Positions 9,045 through 18,058 are shown, numbered from the stretch's first letter. The stretch: 32,000 bases of DNA from Geotalea daltonii FRC-32 (GCF_000022265.1 NC_011979.1:1560001-1592000), one strand, 5' to 3'. The notes: a model not told the origin generated them from the letters alone. Translations and numbers: made by a program.

Positions 9045-9129
9045 GTTTCCGTCCGGGAAGGGTTCTTTTCTGCCCTGGCGGCGTCAATCTGCGGGCTTAC
9101 TTGTGCGACGTACCGATGTACGTCTCCGC
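9045..9129 (+). repeat. 85-nt intergenic structured repeat, copy A (between alr and selD)
   Basis: 82 of 85 positions are identical to 17375-17459 in the same orientation. It contains hairpins GGGAAG-GGTT-CTTTTC and GACGTAC-CGAT-GTACGTC, the latter nested in GCGGG…TCCGC. Confidence 0.85.
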
Positions 9130-9162
9130 TCCTTTCCGATCCTTGAATTCACACAGGAACCA

Positions 9163-10203
9163 ATGACCAAGCAGAAGATAAAATTGACCAATATGGTGAA
9201 AGCGGCAGGTTGAGCGGCCAAACTGGGCCCGGCGGGCCTGGAGAAAGCTCTGGCCGGTCTTCTGCAGTCTGATGACCCGGCTCTTCTCGTCGGTCCGGAG
9301 ACTGCCGACGATGCGGGCGTGTACCGTATCGGCGAGGATCTGGCGCTGGTGGAGACCACTGACATCATCACCCCGCTGGTGGACGATCCATTCACCTTTG
9401 GCCGTATAGCTGCCGTCAATGCCCTTTCCGACGTCTATGCCATGGGTGGGCGGCCGGTGACGGCAATGAACCTGGCCTTCTTTCCGGCCTGCAACCTGCC
9501 GGGCGAGATTCTTGCCCGGATTCTCGCCGGAGGCAAGGATGCCATGGCTGAGGCTGGGGCATGCCTTGTCGGCGGCCACACGGTTGAAGACGATGAGCTG
9601 AAATATGGCTTGGCCGTTACCGGGCTGATCCATCCTGACCGGGTGATCAGGAACTCTGCCTCACGGCCCGGGGACAAGCTGATCCTGACCAAGCCGCTCG
9701 GTACAGGTATTGTATCGACCGCAATAAAGGCGGACATGATTTCTGCAGCAGATGCAACAGACGCTGCCGAATGGATGTGCAGGTTGAACAAGGTTGCCGC
9801 AGAGCTGATGGTGGAATGCGGCGCCCATGCCGCCACCGACGTTACCGGTTTCGGCCTCATCGGACACGCTTGCGAAATGGCCAATGGTGCAGGGGTGACC
9901 ATCGGCATCCGCCTTTCCAGCATTCCGATCCTCTCCCCGGTTGGTACACTGATTGCTGATGGCCTGGTTCCGGCAGGCTGTTACCGTAACCGCGATTATT
10001 ACCAGCCTTTCGTCGGCAAAGGCGGAACCATGGTAGACAAGCTTCTGCCGCTCTTTGATCCCCAGACCTCCGGCGGGCTCCTGATTTCCCTTGCCTCCTC
10101 TGCCGCAGACAATTTTCTGGCACGTGCCGCCAAAAGCGGCTGTTTTGCCGTCTGCATCGGCGAGGTACTGCCGCGCGGAGACTTCCCCATTGAGATCATC
10201 TGA
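9163..10203 (+). CDS. selD: Selenide, water dikinase (selenophosphate synthetase) SelD, with UGA-encoded selenocysteine at 9211-9213
   Basis: ATG 9163 gives [30 protein letters not shown]…, in frame with the ORF track's 9319..10203 product. The UGA sits where SelD has its catalytic Cys/Sec (G-[C/U]-x-x-K). The total of 346 codons is typical for SelD, and the ATP-binding and AIR-synthase-like motifs follow ([14 protein letters not shown]). Confidence 0.9.
9216..9255 (+). promoter_or_regulatory. Putative bacterial SECIS stem-loop for the selD UGA
   Basis: The outer pair GGCCA (9216-9220) / TGGCC (9251-9255) encloses a GC-rich hairpin CTGGGCCC-GGC-GGGCCTGG (9223-9241). That hairpin begins 9 nt after the UGA ends (10 nt downstream of its last base). 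Confidence 0.5.
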
Positions 10204-11455
10204 ACAACTGGCCCTGGCCTTTGATGTGGGGACGACGACCATTGCCGCGTCCCTTTTGAATCGGGTAACCGGGGAACGGCTGGCCTCAGCAGGCCGCCTG
10301 AATCCGCAGCGCGAATTCGGCGCTGATGTGGTGACCCGTCTGGCTGCAGCGCTGAGTTCCCATGAAGAATCACAGACAATGACCAGGCTCATCAATGGAG
10401 AGCTGGAGTCCCTTGCTACGGAGCTGTGCACCAAAGCCGGTGTCAATGTGGCTGATATAGCCAGCATGGCAGCTGCCGGTAATTCAGTTATCCAACATCT
10501 CCTCCTGGGCCTTCCCGTCAATTCACTTGCCTTTCCTCCCTACCGGCCCCTCTTTCCTTCGGGAATGAAGCTGCGCACCATAGAGCTGGGGTGGGCAATG
10601 GATGTTGACTGTCGTATACTCCCCATGCCCGGGGGGTATGTGGGAGGAGATCTGGTCGCTTTTCTTTTCGGTGCGTTAACGGAAGGCAAAACCGATGATA
10701 ATCCCTGTCTTTATCTCGATCTTGGCACAAATGGCGAGATTGCCCTGGCAGCGGGGGAAAAGATATTCGCCACCTCTGCCGCTGCCGGTCCCGCCTTTGA
10801 AGCAGGTAATCTTGCCTGTGGCATGGTCGCCTTGCCTGGTGCCATCGATCGCATCAACCTGGACAAAGGCAGACCGGAAATCAATGTTATCGGTGACTGC
10901 AGTCCGGTCGGAATCTGCGGATCAGGGGCCATCGCCGCACTCGCTGCCATGCTTGAGCAGGGGGTAGTTGATGAGACCGGCCGTCTGTTGGCGCCGGAAG
11001 AAATTCCCTCCAATCTGGCAAACCATGTTCAGGAACGGCAAGGGGAGAATATTTTCGTTCTCTATCGTGATGCAAACCGCTGCATCTACCTCAGCCAAAA
11101 CGATATTCGCCAGATCCAGCTGGCAAAAAGTGCTATCAGTGCAGGAATCGAAGTGCTGCTGTCCCATGCAGGGCTGAATAAAACGGATCTGAAGCAAGTG
11201 ATTCTAACCGGCTCCTTTGGGGTTGTGCTTTCCTCACAAGACCTAAAAAATATTGGAATTTTCAGTGAAAACATGGTAAAAAACTGTCGCTTTGTCCATG
11301 AAGGGGCATTGCATGGTGTGGAAACTTCAATCCTTGCCGCAGATGATTTTGCCTCTCTTGATAAACTTGCTGAGGCGATCAAAGTTATCCCCTTGTCTGG
11401 TACCCCTGCCTTTGAGAAAAATTTTTTTGAGTACATGAATTTCCCGAAGCAATAA
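10190..11455 (+). CDS. ASKHA-fold ATPase, RACo (reductive activator of corrinoid proteins) / DUF4445-like, lacking the N-terminal ferredoxin domain
   Basis: Phosphate-1 motif [11 protein letters not shown] at the extreme N-terminus, followed by [16 protein letters not shown] and TGSFG motifs typical of the ASKHA/DUF4445 C-terminal domains. The start is TTG 10190, with GGAG 9 nt upstream, and it overlaps the selD stop by 14 nt. The ORF track's TTG 10091 lies deep inside selD. Confidence 0.7.
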   Translation: MRSSEQLALAFDVGTTTIAASLLNRVTGERLASAGRLNPQREFGADVVTRLAAALSSHEESQTMTRLINGELESLATELCTKAGVNVADIASMAAAGNSVIQHLLLGLPVNSLAFPPYRPLFPSGMKLRTIELGWAMDVDCRILPMPGGYVGGDLVAFLFGALTEGKTDDNPCLYLDLGTNGEIALAAGEKIFATSAAAGPAFEAGNLACGMVALPGAIDRINLDKGRPEINVIGDCSPVGICGSGAIAALAAMLEQGVVDETGRLLAPEEIPSNLANHVQERQGENIFVLYRDANRCIYLSQNDIRQIQLAKSAISAGIEVLLSHAGLNKTDLKQVILTGSFGVVLSSQDLKNIGIFSENMVKNCRFVHEGALHGVETSILAADDFASLDKLAEAIKVIPLSGTPAFEKNFFEYMNFPKQ

Positions 11456-11496
11456 AAGTGCAGCTTGTCACGGTTGCTTGTATCTAATATTCAGGT

Positions 11497-11526
11497 GCGA
11501 CAGTCCGAGCCTGCCGCTTTTTATTT
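11497..11526 (+). terminator. Possible terminator after the selD-ASKHA operon
   Basis: GCGACAG-TCCGAGC-CTGCCGC stem (6 of 7 pairs) followed by TTTTTATTT. Confidence 0.4.
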
Positions 11527-11565
11527 CCATTTTTAACGTTAAAGATCTTAAAAAAGGAGCATGAC

Positions 11566-13131
11566 ATGGCAAAAATTTCCCGCGCGCTGATCAGCGTATC
11601 GGACAAAACAGGGATTGTAGATTTCTCTAAAGAGCTGGCAGGGTATGGAGTGGAAATACTCTCCACCGGCGGCACAGCCAAACTTCTTCGCGAAGCCGGG
11701 CTTGCAGTCAAGGATGTATCTGAGTTTACCGGCTTTCCTGAAATGTTGGACGGCCGGGTGAAGACCCTGCATCCCAAGGTCCATGGCGGTCTCCTCGGCA
11801 TGCGTGGCAACTCGGAGCATGTGGCTACCATGAAGGCCCATGGCATCGAGCCCATCGACATGGTGGTGGTGAATCTCTACCCCTTTGAGGCGACTGTTGC
11901 CAAGCCCGATTGTTCCCTGGAGGACGCCATCGAGAATATAGATATCGGCGGGCCGACCATGCTCCGCTCTGCGGCAAAGAACAACGCCGATGTGACTGTG
12001 CTGGTGGACCATAACGATTATCGCAAGGTGCTGGACGAGATGAAGCAGAGTGGGGGCGCTGTTTCTTCCGCAACCAACTTCGGGCTGGCAGTAAAGGTTT
12101 ATCAGCATACGGCAGCATATGACGGGGCCATTTCCAACTGGTTGGGCGCCAGGACCGGGGAAGGTGTTGCAGAATATCCCGATACCCTGACTTTTCAGTT
12201 CAAAAAGGCCCAGGGGATGCGCTATGGCGAGAACCCACACCAGTCAGCTGCTTTTTATGTGGAGCGCGACGTGAAGGAGGCATCCATAGCCACTGCACTA
12301 CAGTTGCAAGGAAAGGAACTTTCCTACAACAACATCGGCGATACTGACGCGGCTCTGGAATGCATCAAGCAGTTCAACGAGGGGCCGGCCTGCGTCATCG
12401 TCAAACATGCCAACCCCTGCGGCGTTGCCATTGGCGCTAATCTGCTCGATGCCTATGATCGCGCCTATAAGACAGACCCCGAATCTGCCTTCGGCGGAAT
12501 CATCGCCTTCAACGGCGAGTTGGACGAGGCTGCGGCCAAGGCCATTGTCGATCGCCAGTTTGTCGAGGTGATCATCGCTCCCAAGGTTTCGGCCAAGGCC
12601 AGCGAAATCGTTGCGGCAAAAAAGAACGTTCGCCTTCTCCAGTGTGGGCAGTGGCAGGCTGAATCCCTGGCCCGGCTGGATATGAAAAGGGTCAACGGCG
12701 GTCTGCTGGTCCAGCAAACCGACCTTTCCCTCCACGGTGAACTGAAGGTGGTAACGAAGCGCCAGCCGACGGAAAAGGAGATGATTGACCTCCTCTTCAC
12801 CTGGCGGGTGGCAAAATTCGTCAAATCAAATGCCATTGTCTACGGCAAGGACGGCATGACCATCGGTGTCGGCGCCGGCCAGATGAGCCGGGTCAACTCT
12901 GCCCGCATAGCCGCAATCAAGGCGGAACATGCCGGCCTGCAGGTCGCCGGTGCCGTGATGGCCTCAGATGCCTTTTTCCCATTCCGCGATGGGATAGACA
13001 ACGCAGCCCAGGTTGGGATCACTGCCGTAATTCAGCCAGGTGGCAGCATGCGGGATGAAGAAGTTATCGCTGCAGCCGATGAGCATGGCATGGCCATGGT
13101 ATTTACTTCCATGCGCCATTTCAGGCACTGA
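11566..13131 (+). CDS. purH: Bifunctional AICAR transformylase / IMP cyclohydrolase
   Basis: 521 aa. The N-terminal MGS-like domain ([15 protein letters not shown]…) and the C-terminal AICARFT domain (…[14 protein letters not shown]…HFRH) are full length. An AGGAG RBS is present. Confidence 0.95.
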   Translation: MAKISRALISVSDKTGIVDFSKELAGYGVEILSTGGTAKLLREAGLAVKDVSEFTGFPEMLDGRVKTLHPKVHGGLLGMRGNSEHVATMKAHGIEPIDMVVVNLYPFEATVAKPDCSLEDAIENIDIGGPTMLRSAAKNNADVTVLVDHNDYRKVLDEMKQSGGAVSSATNFGLAVKVYQHTAAYDGAISNWLGARTGEGVAEYPDTLTFQFKKAQGMRYGENPHQSAAFYVERDVKEASIATALQLQGKELSYNNIGDTDAALECIKQFNEGPACVIVKHANPCGVAIGANLLDAYDRAYKTDPESAFGGIIAFNGELDEAAAKAIVDRQFVEVIIAPKVSAKASEIVAAKKNVRLLQCGQWQAESLARLDMKRVNGGLLVQQTDLSLHGELKVVTKRQPTEKEMIDLLFTWRVAKFVKSNAIVYGKDGMTIGVGAGQMSRVNSARIAAIKAEHAGLQVAGAVMASDAFFPFRDGIDNAAQVGITAVIQPGGSMRDEEVIAAADEHGMAMVFTSMRHFRH

Positions 13132-13174
13132 TCACCTTCTTCACAGTACTTTGGTCAATTGACGGGAGGCTTAA

Positions 13175-14443
13175 TTGAAAATTCTAGTTATCGGAAGTGG
13201 CGGACGTGAACATGCCCTGGTTTGGAAGATAGCCCAATCGCCGCTAGTGGAGAAAGTATATTGTGCCCCTGGGAATCCGGGAATCGGCACCATTGCAGAG
13301 AATGTACAGATCAAGGTCGACGACCTGCCGGGACTGCTCGCTTTTGCCAGGAAGGAGGCAATCGATCTGACCGTGGTCGGGCCCGAGTTGCCACTGTCGC
13401 TGGGAATAGTCGATCTTTTCGAGGAATACGGGTTCAAGATATTCGGTGCGCGCAAGAATGCCGCCATCATCGAGGCTAGCAAAGCTTTCTCCAAAGATCT
13501 GATGAAGAAATACCATGTACCCACTGCGGCTTACGAGGTCTTTACCGAGGTTGGGCCTGCCATAACCTTCATCGATAAAGTAGGGATTCCCATAGTGGTC
13601 AAGGCTGACGGCCTGGCTGCCGGCAAAGGGGTGATAATTGCCCAGACCCGTGATGAAGCAGTCGCTGCCGTTACGGACATGCTTTCCGGCAATGCCTTTG
13701 GTACAGCAGGTTCACGAGTTGTTATCGAAGAGTTTCTCAAAGGGGAAGAGGCCTCCTTTCTAGCCTTTACCGATGGCAAAAACATTATTCCCCTGGCCAG
13801 CGCCCAGGACCACAAGGCGGTCTACGATGGCGATACCGGTCCCAATACCGGCGGCATGGGGGCTTATTCACCGGCTCCCGTGGTTACGCCATCGATCCAT
13901 GAAAAGGCCATGGAAGAAGTGATGCGGCGCACTGTGGATGGCATGGCGGCCGAAGGGCGGCCATATCGCGGCGTGCTTTATGCCGGTTTGATGATCGATG
14001 GCGATAGTGTCAAAACCCTGGAGTTCAATGCCAGGTTCGGCGATCCGGAGTGCCAGCCATTGCTGATGCGGATGAAATCGGATATCGTACCGGTATTAAT
14101 GGCGGTTGCCGAAAAAGACATCAGTAATGTGCAGATCGAGTGGCATGATAAAGCTGCTGTATGTGTGGTAATGGCGGCGCAAGACTATCCGGGTGATTAT
14201 GCAAAGGGTGACGTGATTAGGGGGCTTGATGTTGCCAATGCTGATGATCTCTTTGTTTTTCATGCCGGCACGGCCCTGGACAATGGCCGTCTGATTACCA
14301 ATGGCGGCAGGGTGCTGGGTGTTACCGCTCTGGGGCCTACGGTAAAAGAAGCTATTGATCGGGCCTATTCAGGGGTTTCGGCCATTTCGTGGCGTGGGGT
14401 GCACTATCGGAAGGATATCGGAAGGAAGGCGCTCAGCAGATAA
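13175..14443 (+). CDS. purD: Phosphoribosylamine-glycine ligase
   Basis: MKILVIGSGGREHALVWK… with ATP-grasp motifs. The TTG start has a GGGAGG RBS 5 nt upstream. Confidence 0.95.
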   Translation: MKILVIGSGGREHALVWKIAQSPLVEKVYCAPGNPGIGTIAENVQIKVDDLPGLLAFARKEAIDLTVVGPELPLSLGIVDLFEEYGFKIFGARKNAAIIEASKAFSKDLMKKYHVPTAAYEVFTEVGPAITFIDKVGIPIVVKADGLAAGKGVIIAQTRDEAVAAVTDMLSGNAFGTAGSRVVIEEFLKGEEASFLAFTDGKNIIPLASAQDHKAVYDGDTGPNTGGMGAYSPAPVVTPSIHEKAMEEVMRRTVDGMAAEGRPYRGVLYAGLMIDGDSVKTLEFNARFGDPECQPLLMRMKSDIVPVLMAVAEKDISNVQIEWHDKAAVCVVMAAQDYPGDYAKGDVIRGLDVANADDLFVFHAGTALDNGRLITNGGRVLGVTALGPTVKEAIDRAYSGVSAISWRGVHYRKDIGRKALSR

Positions 14444-14641
14444 CTGCGCCTATCAGATCTCACCGGCAATATATCTGTAGCTGTTGCAGGTCCTTCGACT
14501 GAGGATGGTATTCTGGAACGCAAAAAAATTGACAACCCGGCCGGCCCAGCTGCAGATGAGTCCGCCGAAAACAAAAGCAGGGGAAAGCAGTCAAAATGCC
14601 TGACTCCGGGCGCTCTGTTTTTTTTCGCCCTGACAGCATTT

Positions 14642-16813
14642 TTGCTACGTTCCTTACCCTGGAAGAACTTTGTCGGCCTGGACGGTCAATACCTATTCTA
14701 CGGCCCTGACAGTTATGACCATCTTCGGCGTATAACCCTGGGCATGACCAGCTTTCCAGCCGTTCCCAGCTTTGATTCCTATTATGGCTATCCCCTCGGT
14801 ACCGGCCAGATATGGTCACCGCTCTTCGATTATCTCATTTCCGCTCTTGTGCTGCTGTTCGGGGGGGATGTCCATACGGCTCATACGCTGGGATTCTGGC
14901 TTCCTCCGGTTCTTTCCTTTTTCACAATTTTTATGGTTTATGCAGCAGGCGTACGATTTTTCGGCAGAAGAGCGGGTTTTGTTGCAGCAGGCGTTACTGC
15001 TCTGCTGCCGGGTCACATCATCTATTCCCTTGTCTCCGAGCTTGACCACCATGTTGCCGAACCGATGGTCTGCCTGGCAATTGTGATCTCCCACCTGAAA
15101 GCCTTTGAACATCTTGACGAAGGGAGCCCGACAAAAGTCGACTGGTTGAGCACCGGCGGCTTGATGGTATTTGCTCTCCTGATCTGGCGCGGCTCGGTGA
15201 TTTTCTGGGGGATTTTTTTTCTGGCCCTTGCTGTGCAGATCATAGCCGAAAGAGTTTCTCGACGGGACGCAAAAAATGTGTCCCGATATGGGCGCAATGC
15301 CTGCCTTTTTGCGGCTCTGCTGCTTTTGCCAGTGTGCTCCTTCGACCTGTGGGGGACTGCACAGGGAGTAAGTTTCGGCATCATTTCATGGTTCCATGTT
15401 ATTTTGCTGGCTTCATTTGCTTTGTGTCTCCACCATTTAGGTAACCTGCAGACAATCAAAATGAAGTTTCATGCAGTCACTGTTACTGCGGGCATAGCTG
15501 CTTTGGTAGTATTTGCTCCAGGAGTTAAAAGGTTTTTTTTCGAACTGCTATCAGGGATTTCGGTAATCGGCGGGAAAGATCCCTGGCTGGATTCCATTTC
15601 AGAGCTGCGCCCGATGCTTTTCCCTGCCGGTAAATTTGATCTCCGCCATGCCACTGAAACCATGAGCTTTCTCTACTGGCTTGTCCCTGCTGCTTTAATC
15701 CTGTCCTGCATTCGGTGGCGCAACAGCAGCTTCAGGGATTTCCGCTACTCGGTATTCATCGTCTGGGGTGGAGTGCTCTGGTTAATTCCCTTTTTTCGCG
15801 AGCGATATATTCATCTGGCTGCACTTGCCACTGCGCTGTCAGCAGGATTACTTTTCCTTTACTGGACCGAGAGAGCTTCGACATTTTTGAAAAGATACTA
15901 CGCCTGCGCTGCAGCATGCCTGTTACTATTGTTACTGATCAGCCCGTCTGCAGCTTATATCAAGGACCTTCCCAATATCACCCTGCCCGACCATGAGAAA
16001 TCGGATCTTATGGCTTCTCTTGCCTGGCTTCGGGAAAATACTCCAGCTACCTCCTTTTTTCTTTCAGCGGAAAAGGTTCCGGAGTACGGCGTGCTATCTG
16101 ACTGGGGCCTTGGCGCATACATAGACTATATTGCAAGACGACCGACAGTCTCGACAAATTTTGGCTGGGAGACCCATGGCCTTTTCGAGTCGGCATCTTT
16201 CCTGACCAGCACCAAGCCGGAGGATGCAGAAAAGATCCTGCGTCTGAACAAGGTTCGCTATCTTTTTCTCAATGAAGTCACCGGGAGTCTTCCACGCCTG
16301 AAATCAATTGCTGAATTCGGCATCAGGAAGAGCAGTTCAACAAGTTCTGTGCAAACTTTTAACCCTTTGGCTACAATGTATTACAGGCTTTACATCCAGA
16401 ATGGCTCGATTTACCAGGTGGGGGGGAATACAGAACATGCGCTGGGTAAATACCGTCTGGTATTTGAATCTGCAAATGGTTTTGTTGATCCCTATGTGGG
16501 ATTTGTCAGCCATTACAAAATATTCGAGCTGGTGCCTGGCGCTGTCATAAAGGGCAGAGTCCAGCCCGGTAAAAATATTTCACTAAAATTGCTGATCAGT
16601 ACTCAGGCGGGCAGACCCTTTACATACCGCGAAGAAATAATAGCCGGAAGCGATGGTGAGTTTTCCATTGTCGTCCCTTATTCGACAACGGGTAACGCTG
16701 CCGCAGGCGTGGCTCCAGCTGGTAAATACAGCATAACTGCAGGAAATGAAAATTTTCTGGTCCATGTCAACGAGGCAGCCATTCAATTCGGAGAAGTGAT
16801 TCAAATAAATTGA
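14642..16813 (+). CDS. GT-C fold polytopic membrane glycosyltransferase, STT3/AglB/PglB-like oligosaccharyltransferase family (N-terminus probably upstream, see findings)
   Basis: The first-loop motif GPDSYDHLRR resembles the D-x-D/YYHxR loop of AglB/STT3. About 12-13 hydrophobic segments are followed by a soluble C-terminal domain. LSDWGLGAYIDYIARRPTVSTNF resembles the WWDYG catalytic motif region. The frame stays open upstream and encodes a TM1-like segment (ALFFFALTAFLL). Confidence 0.65.
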   Translation: MLRSLPWKNFVGLDGQYLFYGPDSYDHLRRITLGMTSFPAVPSFDSYYGYPLGTGQIWSPLFDYLISALVLLFGGDVHTAHTLGFWLPPVLSFFTIFMVYAAGVRFFGRRAGFVAAGVTALLPGHIIYSLVSELDHHVAEPMVCLAIVISHLKAFEHLDEGSPTKVDWLSTGGLMVFALLIWRGSVIFWGIFFLALAVQIIAERVSRRDAKNVSRYGRNACLFAALLLLPVCSFDLWGTAQGVSFGIISWFHVILLASFALCLHHLGNLQTIKMKFHAVTVTAGIAALVVFAPGVKRFFFELLSGISVIGGKDPWLDSISELRPMLFPAGKFDLRHATETMSFLYWLVPAALILSCIRWRNSSFRDFRYSVFIVWGGVLWLIPFFRERYIHLAALATALSAGLLFLYWTERASTFLKRYYACAAACLLLLLLISPSAAYIKDLPNITLPDHEKSDLMASLAWLRENTPATSFFLSAEKVPEYGVLSDWGLGAYIDYIARRPTVSTNFGWETHGLFESASFLTSTKPEDAEKILRLNKVRYLFLNEVTGSLPRLKSIAEFGIRKSSSTSSVQTFNPLATMYYRLYIQNGSIYQVGGNTEHALGKYRLVFESANGFVDPYVGFVSHYKIFELVPGAVIKGRVQPGKNISLKLLISTQAGRPFTYREEIIAGSDGEFSIVVPYSTTGNAAAGVAPAGKYSITAGNENFLVHVNEAAIQFGEVIQIN

Positions 16814-16873
16814 GCTGAAATCCAGATGGGGAAACCTGATCTGATACGTCAATCAACGGGGAGTTTACGAATA

Positions 16874-17371
16874 ATGAGCAAATCTCTTGTTTTAATCGTC
16901 ATGGGAAGTGAATCTGATCTGCCGGTAATGGAGGAAGCAGCAAAAGTATTGAAAGAGTTCGGCGTGTCCCACGAGATGCGCATCTCCTCGGCGCACCGTG
17001 CTCCCAAGAAAACCGGGCTTATGGCTGCAGAGGCACGGGATCGTGGTGTCAGGGTCATCATCGCCGGCGCCGGGATGGCTGCCCATCTGGCCGGGGTGGT
17101 GGCTGCAGAGACGACTCTGCCTGTCATAGGTGTGCCGATGCCTGGTGGCGCCCTCAATGGCGTTGATGCATTATATTCAACGGTCCAGATGCCCGGAGGG
17201 ATACCCGTGGCGACCATGGCGATCGGCAAAGCCGGGGCGAAAAATGCCGGCTTGTTCGCCGTGCAGATACTTGCGCTGGCAGACAATGAACTGGCCGGGA
17301 AGCTGGCTGTCTTCCGGCAGAGCATGGCCGATGAAGTGGAAGAAAAGGATGCCAGATTACTGACATCATAA
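16874..17371 (+). CDS. purE: N5-carboxyaminoimidazole ribonucleotide mutase
   Basis: VLIVMGSESDLPVM…, SAHR and IIAGAGMAAHLAG motifs. The ATG at 16874 has a GGGGAG RBS; the ORF track's start at 16826 adds an unlikely extension. Confidence 0.9.
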   Translation: MSKSLVLIVMGSESDLPVMEEAAKVLKEFGVSHEMRISSAHRAPKKTGLMAAEARDRGVRVIIAGAGMAAHLAGVVAAETTLPVIGVPMPGGALNGVDALYSTVQMPGGIPVATMAIGKAGAKNAGLFAVQILALADNELAGKLAVFRQSMADEVEEKDARLLTS

Positions 17372-17374
17372 CTT

Positions 17375-17459
17375 GTTTCCATCCGGAAAGGGTTCTTTTC
17401 TGCCCTGGCGGCGTCAATCTGCGGACTTACTTGTGCGACGTACCGATGTACGTCTCCGC
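17375..17459 (+). repeat. 85-nt intergenic structured repeat, copy B (between purE and ppcA)
   Basis: See copy A. The three differences are G/A transitions at 17381, 17386 and 17425. Weaker similarity (CCTTGAwTTC … AGRAAC) continues for about 30 nt beyond both copies. Confidence 0.85.
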
Positions 17460-17595
17460 GCAAGCCCTTGATTTCCTTGCCAGAACAAAAAAATCCCCTC
17501 TTTCCGAATCGGAAACCACTAGTTTCTCATCCGGAGTTTCCCGATGGAGACTAACTTGTTGAGACATTACTGCTAATTTTAATGAATGATTTGCC

Positions 17596-17623
17596 TTGAC
17601 AATAACTGGCTGCCTGTATTAAT
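17596..17623 (+). promoter_or_regulatory. Sigma70-type promoter of ppcA
   Basis: Perfect -35 TTGACA (17596-17601), a 16-nt spacer, then an extended -10 TGtATTAAT (17615-17623). It lies about 40 nt upstream of the AAGGAGG RBS. Confidence 0.55.
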
Positions 17624-17665
17624 TTTTCGCATGTTTTTTATTTTAATGTGAAGGAGGTGACTCGA

Positions 17666-17938
17666 ATGAAAAAGATTTTTGTTGCGGTTGTACTGACCCT
17701 TACTTGTGCAGTTGCTGCCATGGCAGCTGATACCATTTCACTGCCTGCAAAGAATGGTAACGTAACCTTCGAGCACAAGAAGCACCAGGAATCCCTGAAA
17801 GACTGCAAGGCCTGCCACGAGAAGGGCCCGGGCAAGATTGAAGGCTTCGGCAAGGATGCCGCTCACAAGCTTTGCAAAGGTTGCCACGAAACAAAGAAGG
17901 CCGGCCCGACCAAATGCGGGGAGTGCCACAAGAAGTAG
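17666..17938 (+). CDS. ppcA: Periplasmic triheme cytochrome c7 (PpcA family)
   Basis: Signal peptide …AAMA/AD, then three CXXCH motifs (CKACH, CKGCH, CGECH). The mature sequence is nearly collinear with G. sulfurreducens PpcA as recalled (…KNG.V.F.HK.HQ…CHEKGPGKIEGFGK…GPTKCGECHKK). An AAGGAGGTG RBS precedes ATG 17666. Confidence 0.92.
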   Translation: MKKIFVAVVLTLTCAVAAMAADTISLPAKNGNVTFEHKKHQESLKDCKACHEKGPGKIEGFGKDAAHKLCKGCHETKKAGPTKCGECHKK

Positions 17939-17965
17939 TAGCGCGATTTAAATCTGGTGATCGAG

Positions 17966-17997
17966 AAGGGATGACATTTGCTTGTCATCCCTTTTTT
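17966..17997 (+). terminator. Rho-independent terminator of ppcA
   Basis: GGGATGACA-TTTGCT-TGTCATCCC perfect 9-bp stem followed by TTTTTT. Confidence 0.85.
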
Positions 17998-18029
17998 AGT
18001 TTCAAGGCGGAGCTTAATCAAATTTTATT

Positions 18030-18058
18030 TTGCCGCGGTTGATGATTTAGTTTATACT
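18030..18058 (+). promoter_or_regulatory. Possible sigma70 promoter for the resB operon
   Basis: TTGCCG-N17-TATACT located between the ppcA terminator and resB. Motif match only. Confidence 0.3.

Noticed and set aside
9045-9129. Interpretation of the 85-nt repeat as a MITE, or as a promoter or sigma54 site.
   Set aside because: It has no terminal inverted repeats and no target-site duplication. TGGCGG…CTGC has the wrong spacing for sigma54, and neither strand has a credible -35/-10 pair.
11456-11565. A ZTP (pfl-motif) riboswitch upstream of purH.
   Set aside because: purH is a classic ZTP-regulated gene, but the conserved ACUGGCG…CCGCCUGGGC pseudoknot elements are absent. The only structure present is a terminator-like hairpin.
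17460-17665. A GEMM-I (c-di-GMP / cGAMP) riboswitch upstream of ppcA. The omcE leader at 23760-23910 was checked as well.
   Set aside because: Geobacter cytochrome genes often carry GEMM-I. I could not find the conserved ACGCAAAGC core or the GNRA-tetraloop/receptor arrangement in either leader. GCGCAAGCCC at 17457 is only a partial resemblance.
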